DNA of 64,000 bases from an uncultured Chloroflexia bacterium (GCA_963797095.1 CAWCNY010000003.1:672001-736000); one strand, 5' to 3'; numbered from the stretch's first letter, positions 10,585 to 20,412 are shown. Made by a program: numbers and translations. Notes: generated by a model from the letters alone, not told the origin.

Positions 10585-12315
10585 ATGATACAGTTATTCA
10601 AGTTCTTGAAACCATTCGCTATAGCGGTGGCAGCAATCCTAGTGTTCGTCTTCTTGCAGGCTCTCTCCGACCTGTTTCTACCCAGATTGATGGGTGACAT
10701 CGTTGACCAGGGCGTTGTGAGGGGCGACACCGACTATATATGGCGCATCGGCGGCTTCATGCTGCTGGTAGCCGCAGGCGGGGGCCTTTGCTCGGTGCTG
10801 GCGACCTATCTTTCGTCGCGCACAGCCACCGGCTTCGGGCGGAACCTGCGCAGCCGGGTCTTTTCGACTGTAACGGGCTTCTCGCTCAATGAGTTCGACA
10901 AGCTGGGCACAGCCACTCTGATCACCAGGACCACCAACGACATCACCCAGGTGCAGCAGGTCCTCATCATTATTATGCGCATGATGATCTACGCCCCACT
11001 TATGATGATCGGCGGTATCATCCTGGCCATATCCACCGATGCTACCCTCTCGCTCTTGCTGGTGGTGGTGCTGCCTGTGCTGGCCGCGGCCATTGCCCTC
11101 ATCGCGACAAGGGCCGTTCCCCTCTTCCGAGCCATGCAGAAGAAGCTGGACAAAGTGAATCTGGTGCTTCGCGAGAATCTCACGGGCATCAGAGTGATCC
11201 GGGCTTTCAACCGCACTGACTATGAGAAGAAGCGCTTCGGCGTGGCAAACAACGACCTCACCGAGACCGCCATCAAAGTCAACAGGATTATGGCCTTGCT
11301 GATGCCGGTGCTCCTGCTCATTATGAACTTCACATCGATCTCCATCATCTGGTTTGGCGGCATCAGGATCAACGACGGCGATATGCAGGTGGGCGCGCTG
11401 ATAGCGTTCCTCCAATATGCTATGCAGATCATGTTCTCCCTGCTGATGCTTTCGATGCTGTTCGTGATGGTGCCACGCGCCCAGGCTTCGGCGGTCAGGA
11501 TCAACGAGGTCCTCAACATGACCACCGAGATCAACGATCCCGCAACCCCCAGGGCCCCTACCGCCGAGAAGGGCGTGGTCGAGTTCCGAGATGTCACCTT
11601 CAGCTACCCCGGCGCGGAGCAACCCGCTCTATCCGACATCTCATTCACAGCCAATCCCGGCGAGGTGGTCGCCATCATAGGCGGCACAGGCTCCGGCAAG
11701 TCCACTTTGATCAACCTGATCCCTCGCTTCTACGACGTGGACAGCGGGGCAATCCTGGTAGACGGTGTAGACATAAGGGATATGTCGCAGGAAACCCTGC
11801 GCGCCAAGATCGGTCTGGTAGCCCAGCAGGCCATCCTCTTCACCGGCTCGGTCACCGACAATATCAAGTTCGGCAAAGAGGACGCTTCCGAAGAGGATGT
11901 AACGCAAGCCGCCGAGACCTCCCAGGCTATGGAGTTTATCTCCAACATGAAGGACGGGTTCGATTCGGTCATTTCACAGGGCGGCACCAACGTATCGGGC
12001 GGCCAAAAGCAGCGTCTCTCGATAGCACGCGCCCTCGTCAGGAAGCCTGAGATATACCTGTTCGACGATAGCTTCTCGGCCCTCGACTTCAAGACCGACG
12101 CCAAACTGCGCGCAGCATTGAAGACCGAAACCGCCAACGCGACGATGATTGTAGTGGCCCAGAGGGTAAGTACCGTACTGGATGCCGACAAGATAATAGT
12201 GCTTGAGGAAGGCAGGATCGCCGGCATAGGCAACCACAGACAGCTTATGAAGACCAGCGAGATATACAGAGAAATCGTAGCTTCGCAGCTCTCCGAGGAG
12301 GAAATCGCAGCATGA
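10585..12315 (+). CDS. Heterodimeric multidrug-type ABC exporter, subunit with degenerate catalytic residues
   Basis: 6-TM domain plus NBD; GGTGSGKST, VSGGQKQR, degenerate Walker B LFDD and switch VAQR. Confidence 0.93.
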   Translation: MIQLFKFLKPFAIAVAAILVFVFLQALSDLFLPRLMGDIVDQGVVRGDTDYIWRIGGFMLLVAAGGGLCSVLATYLSSRTATGFGRNLRSRVFSTVTGFSLNEFDKLGTATLITRTTNDITQVQQVLIIIMRMMIYAPLMMIGGIILAISTDATLSLLLVVVLPVLAAAIALIATRAVPLFRAMQKKLDKVNLVLRENLTGIRVIRAFNRTDYEKKRFGVANNDLTETAIKVNRIMALLMPVLLLIMNFTSISIIWFGGIRINDGDMQVGALIAFLQYAMQIMFSLLMLSMLFVMVPRAQASAVRINEVLNMTTEINDPATPRAPTAEKGVVEFRDVTFSYPGAEQPALSDISFTANPGEVVAIIGGTGSGKSTLINLIPRFYDVDSGAILVDGVDIRDMSQETLRAKIGLVAQQAILFTGSVTDNIKFGKEDASEEDVTQAAETSQAMEFISNMKDGFDSVISQGGTNVSGGQKQRLSIARALVRKPEIYLFDDSFSALDFKTDAKLRAALKTETANATMIVVAQRVSTVLDADKIIVLEEGRIAGIGNHRQLMKTSEIYREIVASQLSEEEIAA

Positions 12316-14291
12316 GCGCGCAACCTAAAGACAACAGAAACCCGGCGCAACAGGGCAACGCCCCCGCCGGCGGACCACCACCCCAGGGCGGAGGCATGAG
12401 GCCCGGCGGCGGGCCTGGCAGAGGCGGCCCAATGGGCGGTATGCTGTCCATGCCGGTCCAGAAGCCCAAAGACTTCAAGGGCACCGGGCGCAGGCTCCTT
12501 GGATACCTGAAGCCATACAGAATGCAGCTAGTCGTTGTGCTGCTGGCGGCGGTGATCAGCACCGTATTCACCATCGTCGGCCCCAAGATCATGGGCGAGG
12601 CGACCACCAAGCTCTTTGAGGGCCTGATGGCTAAGGTACAGGGAGTGCCGGGCGCGTCTATAGATTTCGGCGGCATCGCCACGATCCTGCTGGTAGTCGC
12701 CGGGCTATACGTCATAAGCTCCATATTCAGCTACGTACAGCAATATCTGATGGCCGGCGTAGCTCAGAGAACCGTCTACGATATGAGGCGCGACGTGGAC
12801 GACAAGCTATCTCGCCTGCCTCTCAAGTTCTTCGACGCCCGCACCCACGGCGAGATCCTGAGCCGGGTGACTAACGACGTGGACAACATCTCCGCTACGT
12901 TACAGCAAAGCGCCACCCAGTTGATCACCTCTCTCTTGTCGATCGTCGGTGTGATCATCATGATGCTCACAATCAGCTTCTGGCTGACCCTGATCGCGCT
13001 GGTGACTGTGCCCCTCTCGATGTTCATCGCCAGTTTCGTGGCCCGCCGCTCGCAAAAGCTGTTTGCGGCTCAGCAGAAATCGCTGGGAGAGCTGAACGGC
13101 CACGTAGAGGAGATGTACACGGGACACAGGATCGTGAAGGTGTACGGTCGAGAAGAGGACTCGCTTGAGAAGTTCGACGTTATCAACGAAAGGCTGTACG
13201 ACGCGGGCTGGAAGGCGCAGTTCATCTCGGGCCTGATCATGCCTCTCCTCCAATTCGTGAACAACATCGGCTACGTGTTCGTGGCGGTGCTGGGCGGCAT
13301 CATGGTCACGCAGGGCACGCTCCCTATAGGCGACGTGCAGGCATTCATCCAGTACTCCAGGCAGTTCTCCTGGCCGATCACTCAGGTAGCCAGTATCGCC
13401 AACGTGCTACAGCTGGCCGTGGCCTCTGCCGAGCGCGTGTTCGAATTGCTCGACGAGGAAGAGGAAGTGCCTGAGAGCGCCAACCCCAAGATCATCGAGT
13501 TCCCGCGAGGCGATGTGCGCTTCCAGGACGTGGACTTCCGCTACAAGGCCGATGTGCCTTTGATCGACGATATGAACATCGACGTCAAGTCGGGCCACAC
13601 GATCGCCATAGTAGGGCCAACAGGCGCGGGCAAGACCACCCTGGTCAACCTCCTGATGCGGTTCTACGAGATCGACGGCGGAAAGATCAGCGTAGATGGC
13701 GTGGATATCCGCGATATGAAGCGCGGCCAACTGCGCAACATTTTCGGTATGGTGCTGCAAGATACGTGGCTGTTCAACGGCACGATTCGCGACAACATCG
13801 CCTACGGCAGGCCCGAAGCCTCCGAGGAGGAGATTGTGGAAGCCGCGAAGATGGCCCACGCCGACCACTTTATCCGCACCCTGCCCGACGGCTACGATAC
13901 GGTGCTGAACGAGGAAGCGTCGAACATCTCGCAAGGGCAGAAGCAGTTGCTTGCCATCGCCCGCGCGGTGCTCGCCAACCCCGCTATCCTGATCCTCGAC
14001 GAGGCCACAAGCAGCGTCGACACCAGAACCGAGGTGCTCATCCAGCATGCTATGGAAGCGCTCATGGCGGGCCGCACAAGCTTTGTGATCGCCCACAGGC
14101 TCTCCACGATCCGAGATGCCGACCTGATCCTGGTGATGAACGACGGCAGCGTGATCGAGAAGGGCACCCACAAGGAACTCCTTGCAGCGGGCGGCTTCTA
14201 CGCCGACCTCTACAACAGCCAGTTCACAGGCGGCGCGCTCAAGCCTGAGCCGCAGCTGGCGATGGCAGCCGCCCCGGCGGCAGCCTCGTAA
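12312..14291 (+). CDS. Heterodimeric ABC exporter, subunit with consensus Walker B and switch
   Basis: ATGA overlap with upstream gene; GPTGAGKTT, ISQGQKQ, ILDEATSSVD, IAHRL. Confidence 0.93.
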   Translation: MSAQPKDNRNPAQQGNAPAGGPPPQGGGMRPGGGPGRGGPMGGMLSMPVQKPKDFKGTGRRLLGYLKPYRMQLVVVLLAAVISTVFTIVGPKIMGEATTKLFEGLMAKVQGVPGASIDFGGIATILLVVAGLYVISSIFSYVQQYLMAGVAQRTVYDMRRDVDDKLSRLPLKFFDARTHGEILSRVTNDVDNISATLQQSATQLITSLLSIVGVIIMMLTISFWLTLIALVTVPLSMFIASFVARRSQKLFAAQQKSLGELNGHVEEMYTGHRIVKVYGREEDSLEKFDVINERLYDAGWKAQFISGLIMPLLQFVNNIGYVFVAVLGGIMVTQGTLPIGDVQAFIQYSRQFSWPITQVASIANVLQLAVASAERVFELLDEEEEVPESANPKIIEFPRGDVRFQDVDFRYKADVPLIDDMNIDVKSGHTIAIVGPTGAGKTTLVNLLMRFYEIDGGKISVDGVDIRDMKRGQLRNIFGMVLQDTWLFNGTIRDNIAYGRPEASEEEIVEAAKMAHADHFIRTLPDGYDTVLNEEASNISQGQKQLLAIARAVLANPAILILDEATSSVDTRTEVLIQHAMEALMAGRTSFVIAHRLSTIRDADLILVMNDGSVIEKGTHKELLAAGGFYADLYNSQFTGGALKPEPQLAMAAAPAAAS

Positions 14292-14400
14292 CTTCCGGCA
14301 ACAGATAACCTTGAAAGCCATGCCCATTTATGGGCTGTGGTTCGGCTGATAAAAGGTTGCTCATAGTCTCTCCTTTGTCGCATAATTGAAGTAACGTGGA

Positions 14401-14611
14401 AGCTAACCAATGCTACACGCCACTATTGCCTTCGGGTAGTAGTCCGCACTTTGATAATGCAAGATGTTAGCGGGTTGTTGCACGAAACCCTTGTGCAGCG
14501 TAAAAGCATCTTAGGTGTCTCCTATAGTGCAACCTTAATGGCATATGGATGAGTATGCATCGGTGCAAAACCGTAGAAGCTGCTGGCGTTTACGCCATGC
14601 GGAGTCATCAC
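14401..14611 (+). ncRNA. Structured ORF-less element, copy A; resembles an IS200/IS605 (TnpB) right end or reRNA
   Basis: Homologous to 29847-30064; C-UUCG-G hairpin, covarying stems, terminal GTAGAAGC-hairpin(TTTA loop)-TCAC. Confidence 0.6.
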
Positions 14612-15312
14612 CACTCCACCCAATCACCCTCGGGGTGTACCCACACCGAAGTGGCAGGCGGCCCCGCGAACATCTTTTGCACACCTTCCATGAACCCCGG
14701 CTGAGAATAGTACTCGCCCATTCCCGCCGGGCTGATCCACATATCCACAGCGAAAAGCTCCAGCGCCTGCGGAGAATCCGGTGAGGCCATCCGCACATAT
14801 ACTTCGTGCGAAATATCGCCCGCCCTCCTCGCCTTGTTCACCTCACCGCTCACAATCGCGTTGTGAGCCTCCCGCGCATCCTCAATCGAGCGCACCGTCC
14901 CGCGCACCACCGCAACGATTCGCTCGTTCTGGCCGTATGGCGCCGGCAGGTGGTAACTGAGAAAGCCCGGAGCGGGTGCCCACACTACAGGGTCGCGCTT
15001 GCTGAAGATCTGCCCGGCCTGCTCCTGCACTGTCGGGTTGGCGAAGAACTGCCCAAGCCCATCCATGCTGTTCCACACGTCCAGGATAAGGAACTCGCCC
15101 GGCTCGGACCCAGGCCAACCCGCCGGTACATACACCATGTGGCTCAGGTCGCCTAGCGCCTGTGCAGCCGCCACATTTTGGGGCGCTCCCGCCGTCGAGT
15201 TATGCACCTGGCGGGCGTCCTCCAGCGTCGCGGGGGCAAGCTCGCCGCGAATCGTAAGGAGATACCACGGTAAGTTCTGCGGCCCGTTTGCCGTTTCCTG
15301 AGAGTTGTCCAT
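14608..15312 (-). CDS. Hypothetical protein made of two homologous halves (possible dimeric alpha-beta barrel)
   Basis: Repeats RGxxx.xEDARxxHN...GDxSHxVYV...DxW; AAGGAG RBS. Confidence 0.75.
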   Translation of the reverse strand: MDNSQETANGPQNLPWYLLTIRGELAPATLEDARQVHNSTAGAPQNVAAAQALGDLSHMVYVPAGWPGSEPGEFLILDVWNSMDGLGQFFANPTVQEQAGQIFSKRDPVVWAPAPGFLSYHLPAPYGQNERIVAVVRGTVRSIEDAREAHNAIVSGEVNKARRAGDISHEVYVRMASPDSPQALELFAVDMWISPAGMGEYYSQPGFMEGVQKMFAGPPATSVWVHPEGDWVEW

Positions 15313-15409
15313 TGCTTACTCCTTTGCGTCATTCAGAACGATCCATGACTTGCGTCATCAAATAAGACGGCAAAGAAGCGCAAAACTAATCGGTCAACTC
15401 TTCAAATCC

Positions 15410-16444
15410 TCAAATCTCCAACGGCAGCCCAAAACCACGGAAAAGCCCCTCGTCCACAGCCAGGAAGTCGTCCACCTGAGCGACCTCCCCTCCGGCGATA
15501 GTGAGCACCTGCAAAGCGGCAGCGCGATATGGCCCACCCTCACCCCGCTCATAGACGGCGAAAGCCGGGGCACCGTTAGCCCGCGTGGCGACAAGCCTGA
15601 AACGACCTTCATCGCCACCACCGAATAGGGTAGCCGCGATAAACCGCCGTATAGCCTCGCGCCCGCGATACCACGCCCGCGACGGCGGCATAGTCAGCAC
15701 CGCGTCGTCGCGCAACAGCGCGATAAGAGCCGTCAGATCGGCGGCTTCCCAGGCGGCCACGTACTTATCGAGCAGTGACGCCAGGTCCGCATCCGAGGTG
15801 GCCGCCACCGAGGCGGGCGACCTCCCCTCCCACTCCCGCTTCATCGTGGCCCGCGCCCTCTGTAGCGCGCTGTTCACCGCTTCCACGCTTGTATCGAGCA
15901 GGTGAGCCACCTCAGCCGCCCGCCACGCAAGCACATCCCGCAGGATCAGCACCGCACGCTGGCGTCCAGGCAGGCTCTGAAGTGCCGCGAGAAACGCCAG
16001 CGTGGTGGCCTCCCGCGCCTCGTACCGAGCCTCCGGGTTCGACGCCTGCCTCTCATCGACGAGCGCATCGGGCAGCGGTTCAAGCCACACGCGCTCGGTC
16101 GAGGGCACCGGCAGCGGATCTTGCGGGTCGGCGGGCGCGCCCAACGAAGTCGGCATTACGCGAGCCTGCCTGCCTCTCAGGGCATCCAGTGCCGTATTGG
16201 TCGCGATCTTGTAGAGCCACGCCCGCAAGGTGGCCCGCCCCTCGAACGAAGCCAACCCTCGCCAGGCGCGCAGCAGCGCCTCCTGCAAAATATCCTCAGC
16301 ATCCTCCAGGGAGCCGAGCAGACGATAGCAGTGCACCAGCAATTCGCGCTGGTACGGATCGATCAGGCGCTGGAAAGCATCCTGGTCACCTACCGGGAGA
16401 GCAGCAAGGCGGAGTGTTGCATCCGCGCTATTGGTCTCAATCAT
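15410..16444 (-). CDS. ECF sigma-70 factor with C-terminal SnoaL-like domain (SigG/SigJ type)
   Basis: HCYRLLGSLEDAEDILQE, WLYKIATNTALD, LPGRQRAVLILRDVL, LLRDDAVLTMPP, ANGAPA. Confidence 0.9.
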   Translation of the reverse strand: MIETNSADATLRLAALPVGDQDAFQRLIDPYQRELLVHCYRLLGSLEDAEDILQEALLRAWRGLASFEGRATLRAWLYKIATNTALDALRGRQARVMPTSLGAPADPQDPLPVPSTERVWLEPLPDALVDERQASNPEARYEAREATTLAFLAALQSLPGRQRAVLILRDVLAWRAAEVAHLLDTSVEAVNSALQRARATMKREWEGRSPASVAATSDADLASLLDKYVAAWEAADLTALIALLRDDAVLTMPPSRAWYRGREAIRRFIAATLFGGGDEGRFRLVATRANGAPAFAVYERGEGGPYRAAALQVLTIAGGEVAQVDDFLAVDEGLFRGFGLPLEI

Positions 16445-16525
16445 TGGCTTTTGTATGCTCAGTCTATCACCATACAAAGGATAAAACAATATGCGGTTCC
16501 AATCGCAAGTGACCTTCCACAAATA

Positions 16526-16607
16526 GCACAAATGTTCAAAACTCGCGCTCGATTCCCTTGACATCCGTAAGCAGGGGATCTATGCTACTTTGGTAGAACA
16601 AAGGTTC
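16526..16607 (+). promoter_or_regulatory. Sigma70 promoter with LexA (SOS) boxes
   Basis: TTGACA(16558)-17 bp-TATGCT(16581); GAAC-AAAG-GTTC at 16596-16607 and GCAC-AAAT-GTTC at 16526-16537. Confidence 0.7.
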
Positions 16608-16658
16608 CATAAATAGCTGCCCATTCCTCGGGAGAGACGGCAGATCGGAGATGCACGG

Positions 16659-17810
16659 ATGGACTCCAACACCGCACGAAACCAGGTTACACGCGCCTCT
16701 ACCCTTACCCAACCTGGCAGCAGGCCCAGCCCCCTTACCCGCAGGCCAACCGCCCGCCGCCTCGTCACCATCTTCAGGGGACCGAGCAACAGCGGCAAGA
16801 CCCACCTCGCCCTCTCGATGGCCGAGGCAAACGTTGGGCGCATCTGCGTCTTCGATACCGAGGACAAGACCCGCAACGTGATCGGCGTCAACGAGCGCTT
16901 CGACGCCATCGCATCCGACCCCGATACCCTCCTCGAAGATATCCAGTGGGCTATCGATCAGCAGGACGAACACGGCAACCCCATATACAGCGGGCTGGTG
17001 CTCAACTCCTGGAACGGCTATTTCGACGCCCTCTATGGCCGCGCCATCGAGCTTGCCGAGCAGCAGCGCGGCGAGGGGGCCAAGCTCAATACCAACGAAG
17101 TGGACGTGCTACAGACCAAGGCCAAAAAGGTGCTCGATCTCCTCTGCCGCGTCAGCCGCCGCTGGGTCGCCGTCACCGAGCACGCCGTCCCCCAGGGTCA
17201 GGAGCGCGACGAGAACGAGGCGGGCCAGCTTATCATTATGACCATCGGCGGCACCGACTACTACTCCGACGTGACCTTCACCCTCTCCCTGATGCTAGGC
17301 GACGACTTCCGCGCCAGGCGCATCGCCACCGTCTCCAAGACCAACGTAGGCCACCTTTACCCGTTGGGCCGCAAGATCGAGAACCTCGAATTCCGCCAGT
17401 TGGTCAGAGAGATCAACGCCCAATCGCCCATCAAGCAGGTCGAGGCCCCACCCCCGCCCGCGCAGGACGATGAGCTTTGCGAGCCGCAGGCGCCCGCCAT
17501 AACCCTCCGCGATCTCCTCGACAAAGCTGAAGAATACGGCATCGCCGAGATCCATATGACCAGAGCAGCAGCCCGCTACTGCGACGGCAAGCGCCTCAAC
17601 CGGCTCGACCCTTCCGAGATCGAGTTCCTCTACGACCGCCTGGTGGCCTCCCGCGAATCCAACCCCGACGAAGACCCCGCCCCCTCCTCGGAATCAACCA
17701 CCCCTACTGCAGCAAAGCCAAGAACCCTGCACGCCGTGGTCGCAGATATGCCCGAAGTAGTGCCCACCGAACCCGCCACGCGCGCCCCCAATGGCCGCTC
17801 CAGGGCATAG
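16659..17810 (+). CDS. P-loop ATPase, AAA_24/Sak4-like (phage recombination-type)
   Basis: Walker A GPSNSGKT, VFDTE, Walker-B-like LVLNSW, VSKTN; low-complexity C-terminus. Confidence 0.6.
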   Translation: MDSNTARNQVTRASTLTQPGSRPSPLTRRPTARRLVTIFRGPSNSGKTHLALSMAEANVGRICVFDTEDKTRNVIGVNERFDAIASDPDTLLEDIQWAIDQQDEHGNPIYSGLVLNSWNGYFDALYGRAIELAEQQRGEGAKLNTNEVDVLQTKAKKVLDLLCRVSRRWVAVTEHAVPQGQERDENEAGQLIIMTIGGTDYYSDVTFTLSLMLGDDFRARRIATVSKTNVGHLYPLGRKIENLEFRQLVREINAQSPIKQVEAPPPPAQDDELCEPQAPAITLRDLLDKAEEYGIAEIHMTRAAARYCDGKRLNRLDPSEIEFLYDRLVASRESNPDEDPAPSSESTTPTAAKPRTLHAVVADMPEVVPTEPATRAPNGRSRA

Positions 17811-17893
17811 ACAAAGAGCTAATCTGAATAAATCACGCACCTTGAGAGCAGGTTCGCAGACCTATAATCTATTTCCGAAATAGCAGGCCTGAT

Positions 17894-18205
17894 TTAGGTC
17901 GGCTCCTCTTCCTCGTCCGATTGCCTGGGCCACCGCATCCTGCCATGCAAGACCCGCAAGATCACAACCACACCGGCCAGGCTATCCACCGTATAGATCA
18001 CGACATGAGATGTACCTGCAATCACCAACTCACGTGTGCCCTCCACGCGTCCTGCACGTCCCAAATGTGGATGGTCTGAAAGCAACCTGACGTTGCGCCG
18101 TATCGCCGCAGAAGCGCTGAGAGCAGCATTAGGATTACGATCCCTTAGATACTGGATGGCTCCCTTGAAATCCTGTAGAGCTTCCTCGCGCCATATGATC
18201 TTCAT
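17894..18205 (-). CDS. RelE/ParE-family toxin
   Basis: MKIIWREEALQD...HPHLGRAGRVEGTRELVI...ILRVLHG. Confidence 0.9.
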   Translation of the reverse strand: MKIIWREEALQDFKGAIQYLRDRNPNAALSASAAIRRNVRLLSDHPHLGRAGRVEGTRELVIAGTSHVVIYTVDSLAGVVVILRVLHGRMRWPRQSDEEEEPT

Positions 18206-18465
18206 GGCCGCAGGTCGGCCCTGATGTCAGCCTCAAGTTGCTCAATCTCCCCTTCTACTTGCTCATGCGAAACCAGCTTTGCATTTCCCGACCGATAATC
18301 CGCCAAAGCCTCATTGATAGCCTCAACTTGCCAGGCTTGCTCTTCAACATAGCTTTTAATTGCCTGCTCGATTACCCATGCTTTGGACCGATCCAGCGAA
18401 TCCGCGAGCGCTTCTATTCTTTCGAGAAGGTCATCTTCCAAACGCACTGAGGTTACTTTTGCCAT
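18202..18465 (-). CDS. Ribbon-helix-helix (CopG-type) antitoxin
   Basis: TSVRLEDDL..LDRSKAWVIEQAI; 4-nt overlap with toxin; TGTAATTAC and TGTAATACA palindromes upstream (~18493-18521). Confidence 0.88.
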   Translation of the reverse strand: MAKVTSVRLEDDLLERIEALADSLDRSKAWVIEQAIKSYVEEQAWQVEAINEALADYRSGNAKLVSHEQVEGEIEQLEADIRADLRP

Positions 18466-18560
18466 GATTGATCTCCCGAAGCTGTTAGTCACGTGTAATT
18501 ACTTGTAGTATATTGTAATACATTGCATCTATCAAGGCGTCTTTATGAAGTGAGCCGAAA

Positions 18561-20342
18561 TTAACCCAACCTGTTCCCCTCCCCATAAGGCAGCACCTCT
18601 ATCATCTCGCCTGCCTCCAACCTCCTCTTCAGGTCGGCCCAGTAATCGGCAGTAAATAGCTCCCCGTGGTGCTTGTAAAACACCGCTTTCAGGCCCGGCG
18701 GTAACCCCAGGAAAGTGTGCAACTCCTCCGGGAAGACATCATTCTCCCCCACCGAGAACCACGGCTCAGGCGCATAAGCGTCGAACTCATCAAAATCATC
18801 GTCGTTCCCTCCCGCCTGCGGCATCACCCTGAAGTTACAATCCGTCAGCAGGCACAGCTCATCGTAATCGTAGAACACGATCCTCCCATGCCGCGTCACC
18901 CCGAAATTCTTGAGCAGGATATCGCCTGGAAAGATGTTGGTGGAGGCAAGGTCCTTGATCGCGTACCCGTACTCCACCACCATCGGGCGCGCCACCTCGT
19001 CACTCACCTCCCTCAAGTAGAGGTTGAGAGGCACCAGCCTGCGCTCCGTGTACATATGCTCGATAACAACGCTATCCCCTTCCACCCGCACCGTGCGCGA
19101 GCACGTTTCAAGCAGTTCATCCAGCAAAGCAGGCTCAAACCGGTTCTTGTCGAACCGCAAATGCTCGAACTCCTGCGCATCCACCAGCCTGCCACCCCGG
19201 TCGTGCTTGAAAACCAGCGCGTAGCGGTTACGCACCTCCTGGCGCGTCGTGCGCTTCGGATAATCAAACGTATCCTTTATAATCTTGAACACCAGGTCCG
19301 ACGAGGGCAGCGTGAACACCTGCATCACCATCCCCCGGTCGCCCTGCGCCATCTCGAAGCGGTCGCTTGAGCTAGCCATGTGCGCCATCAGCCGCCTGTA
19401 CCGCTCGGTCTTCCCGTGCTTGTTGTGACCGATCGAGATATATAGCTCGGCCACCGGCTTGAGAGGCATTATGGTGCGCAGGAACCGCACAAGCGCGTGC
19501 GGGCGCTCGGTATCAACGTGAAAATACTCCCTGGCGAAGCTGAACAAAATACTAACGTCATCTTCGTCCATAAGCACGGCGTCCACCCACACGCCACCCT
19601 CGTCGTTTGCCAGCGAGATCACCAGCGGTATGTAGCGCGCCTCGCTCCCCGCCTTTACCGCTTTGGCGCGGCCCACCAGATAAGCCCTTTTGCCCCGGTA
19701 GAAGATCGGCCTGGTGATCTCAAGCACCCCCAACTGCCGCCCCCACCCCATACCGGCCAACTGGGCCTCGATTCTCGCAGCAGCCGCCGCCGAATCCCCC
19801 TCCAAATCTCGCCAACCACACCGGAACCTGCACGACCACAACAACTCCCGGATCAGAGCCGTGGTGTTCCCCGCGCTACGAAAAGTGACAAACACCGGCC
19901 AGCCGGAGGGCGGTGGGGTGGGAAACTCCGTTCCCATGAACTCGATGCTCGTGTCAATGCCAGCGATACCCGCCGACCGGGCTTCGCGTATCATCACCGA
20001 ATTATAGAAGCTCTGGGCTATATCAAAATCATCTCGCTCGTGAATGTACTGCGTGTACTCATCCTTGATCGCCGCCAGCAGAGCGTAGTCACCTCCATGC
20101 TCACCCAGCAGCGCCCGCAACGCTTCCACCGCGTTGAGCACATACACCCCATACAGGTCAAGCCGGTCTTCGGCATCTCGGTGCAAACCATGCCAGTCGC
20201 ACCGCTCAAACCGGTCCCTGGCGCGGGCGGTTACATGCTTGAACTCGACGTGGTAGTGCGCGAATGTCTCAGCAATCAAGCTGGCTGCATTGCTCGCCAG
20301 CTCCCTCTTCATGTTGTCGCCGTTGCCAGGTTGCTGCATCAC
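18561..20342 (-). CDS. aceK: Isocitrate dehydrogenase kinase/phosphatase
   Basis: GMVMQVFTLP, VFKIIKD, HDRGGRLVD, NIFPGDILLKNFGVTRHGRIVFYDYDE. Confidence 0.93.
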   Translation of the reverse strand: MMQQPGNGDNMKRELASNAASLIAETFAHYHVEFKHVTARARDRFERCDWHGLHRDAEDRLDLYGVYVLNAVEALRALLGEHGGDYALLAAIKDEYTQYIHERDDFDIAQSFYNSVMIREARSAGIAGIDTSIEFMGTEFPTPPPSGWPVFVTFRSAGNTTALIRELLWSCRFRCGWRDLEGDSAAAAARIEAQLAGMGWGRQLGVLEITRPIFYRGKRAYLVGRAKAVKAGSEARYIPLVISLANDEGGVWVDAVLMDEDDVSILFSFAREYFHVDTERPHALVRFLRTIMPLKPVAELYISIGHNKHGKTERYRRLMAHMASSSDRFEMAQGDRGMVMQVFTLPSSDLVFKIIKDTFDYPKRTTRQEVRNRYALVFKHDRGGRLVDAQEFEHLRFDKNRFEPALLDELLETCSRTVRVEGDSVVIEHMYTERRLVPLNLYLREVSDEVARPMVVEYGYAIKDLASTNIFPGDILLKNFGVTRHGRIVFYDYDELCLLTDCNFRVMPQAGGNDDDFDEFDAYAPEPWFSVGENDVFPEELHTFLGLPPGLKAVFYKHHGELFTADYWADLKRRLEAGEMIEVLPYGEGNRLG

Positions 20343-20412
20343 AATTGACCTCTACCCACACAGACCTGCTCGCAGAAGACTTGCCTTTAAAGGCATTTTA
20401 CCACACGCCTGC

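Noticed and set aside
10585-14291. ABC exporter as the RiPP transporter
   Set aside because: It is about 30 kb away, lies next to a MarR gene with its own promoter and lacks a peptidase domain; it looks like a generic multidrug heterodimer
14401-14611. Group I intron (IStron) or self-cleaving ribozyme reading of the repeated element
   Set aside because: I could not find group I P/Q/R/S core sequences or a twister, pistol or hammerhead consensus by eye; an Infernal search is still needed
16659-18465. Prophage remnant around the AAA ATPase and toxin-antitoxin pair
   Set aside because: No integrase, structural genes or att-like repeats seen
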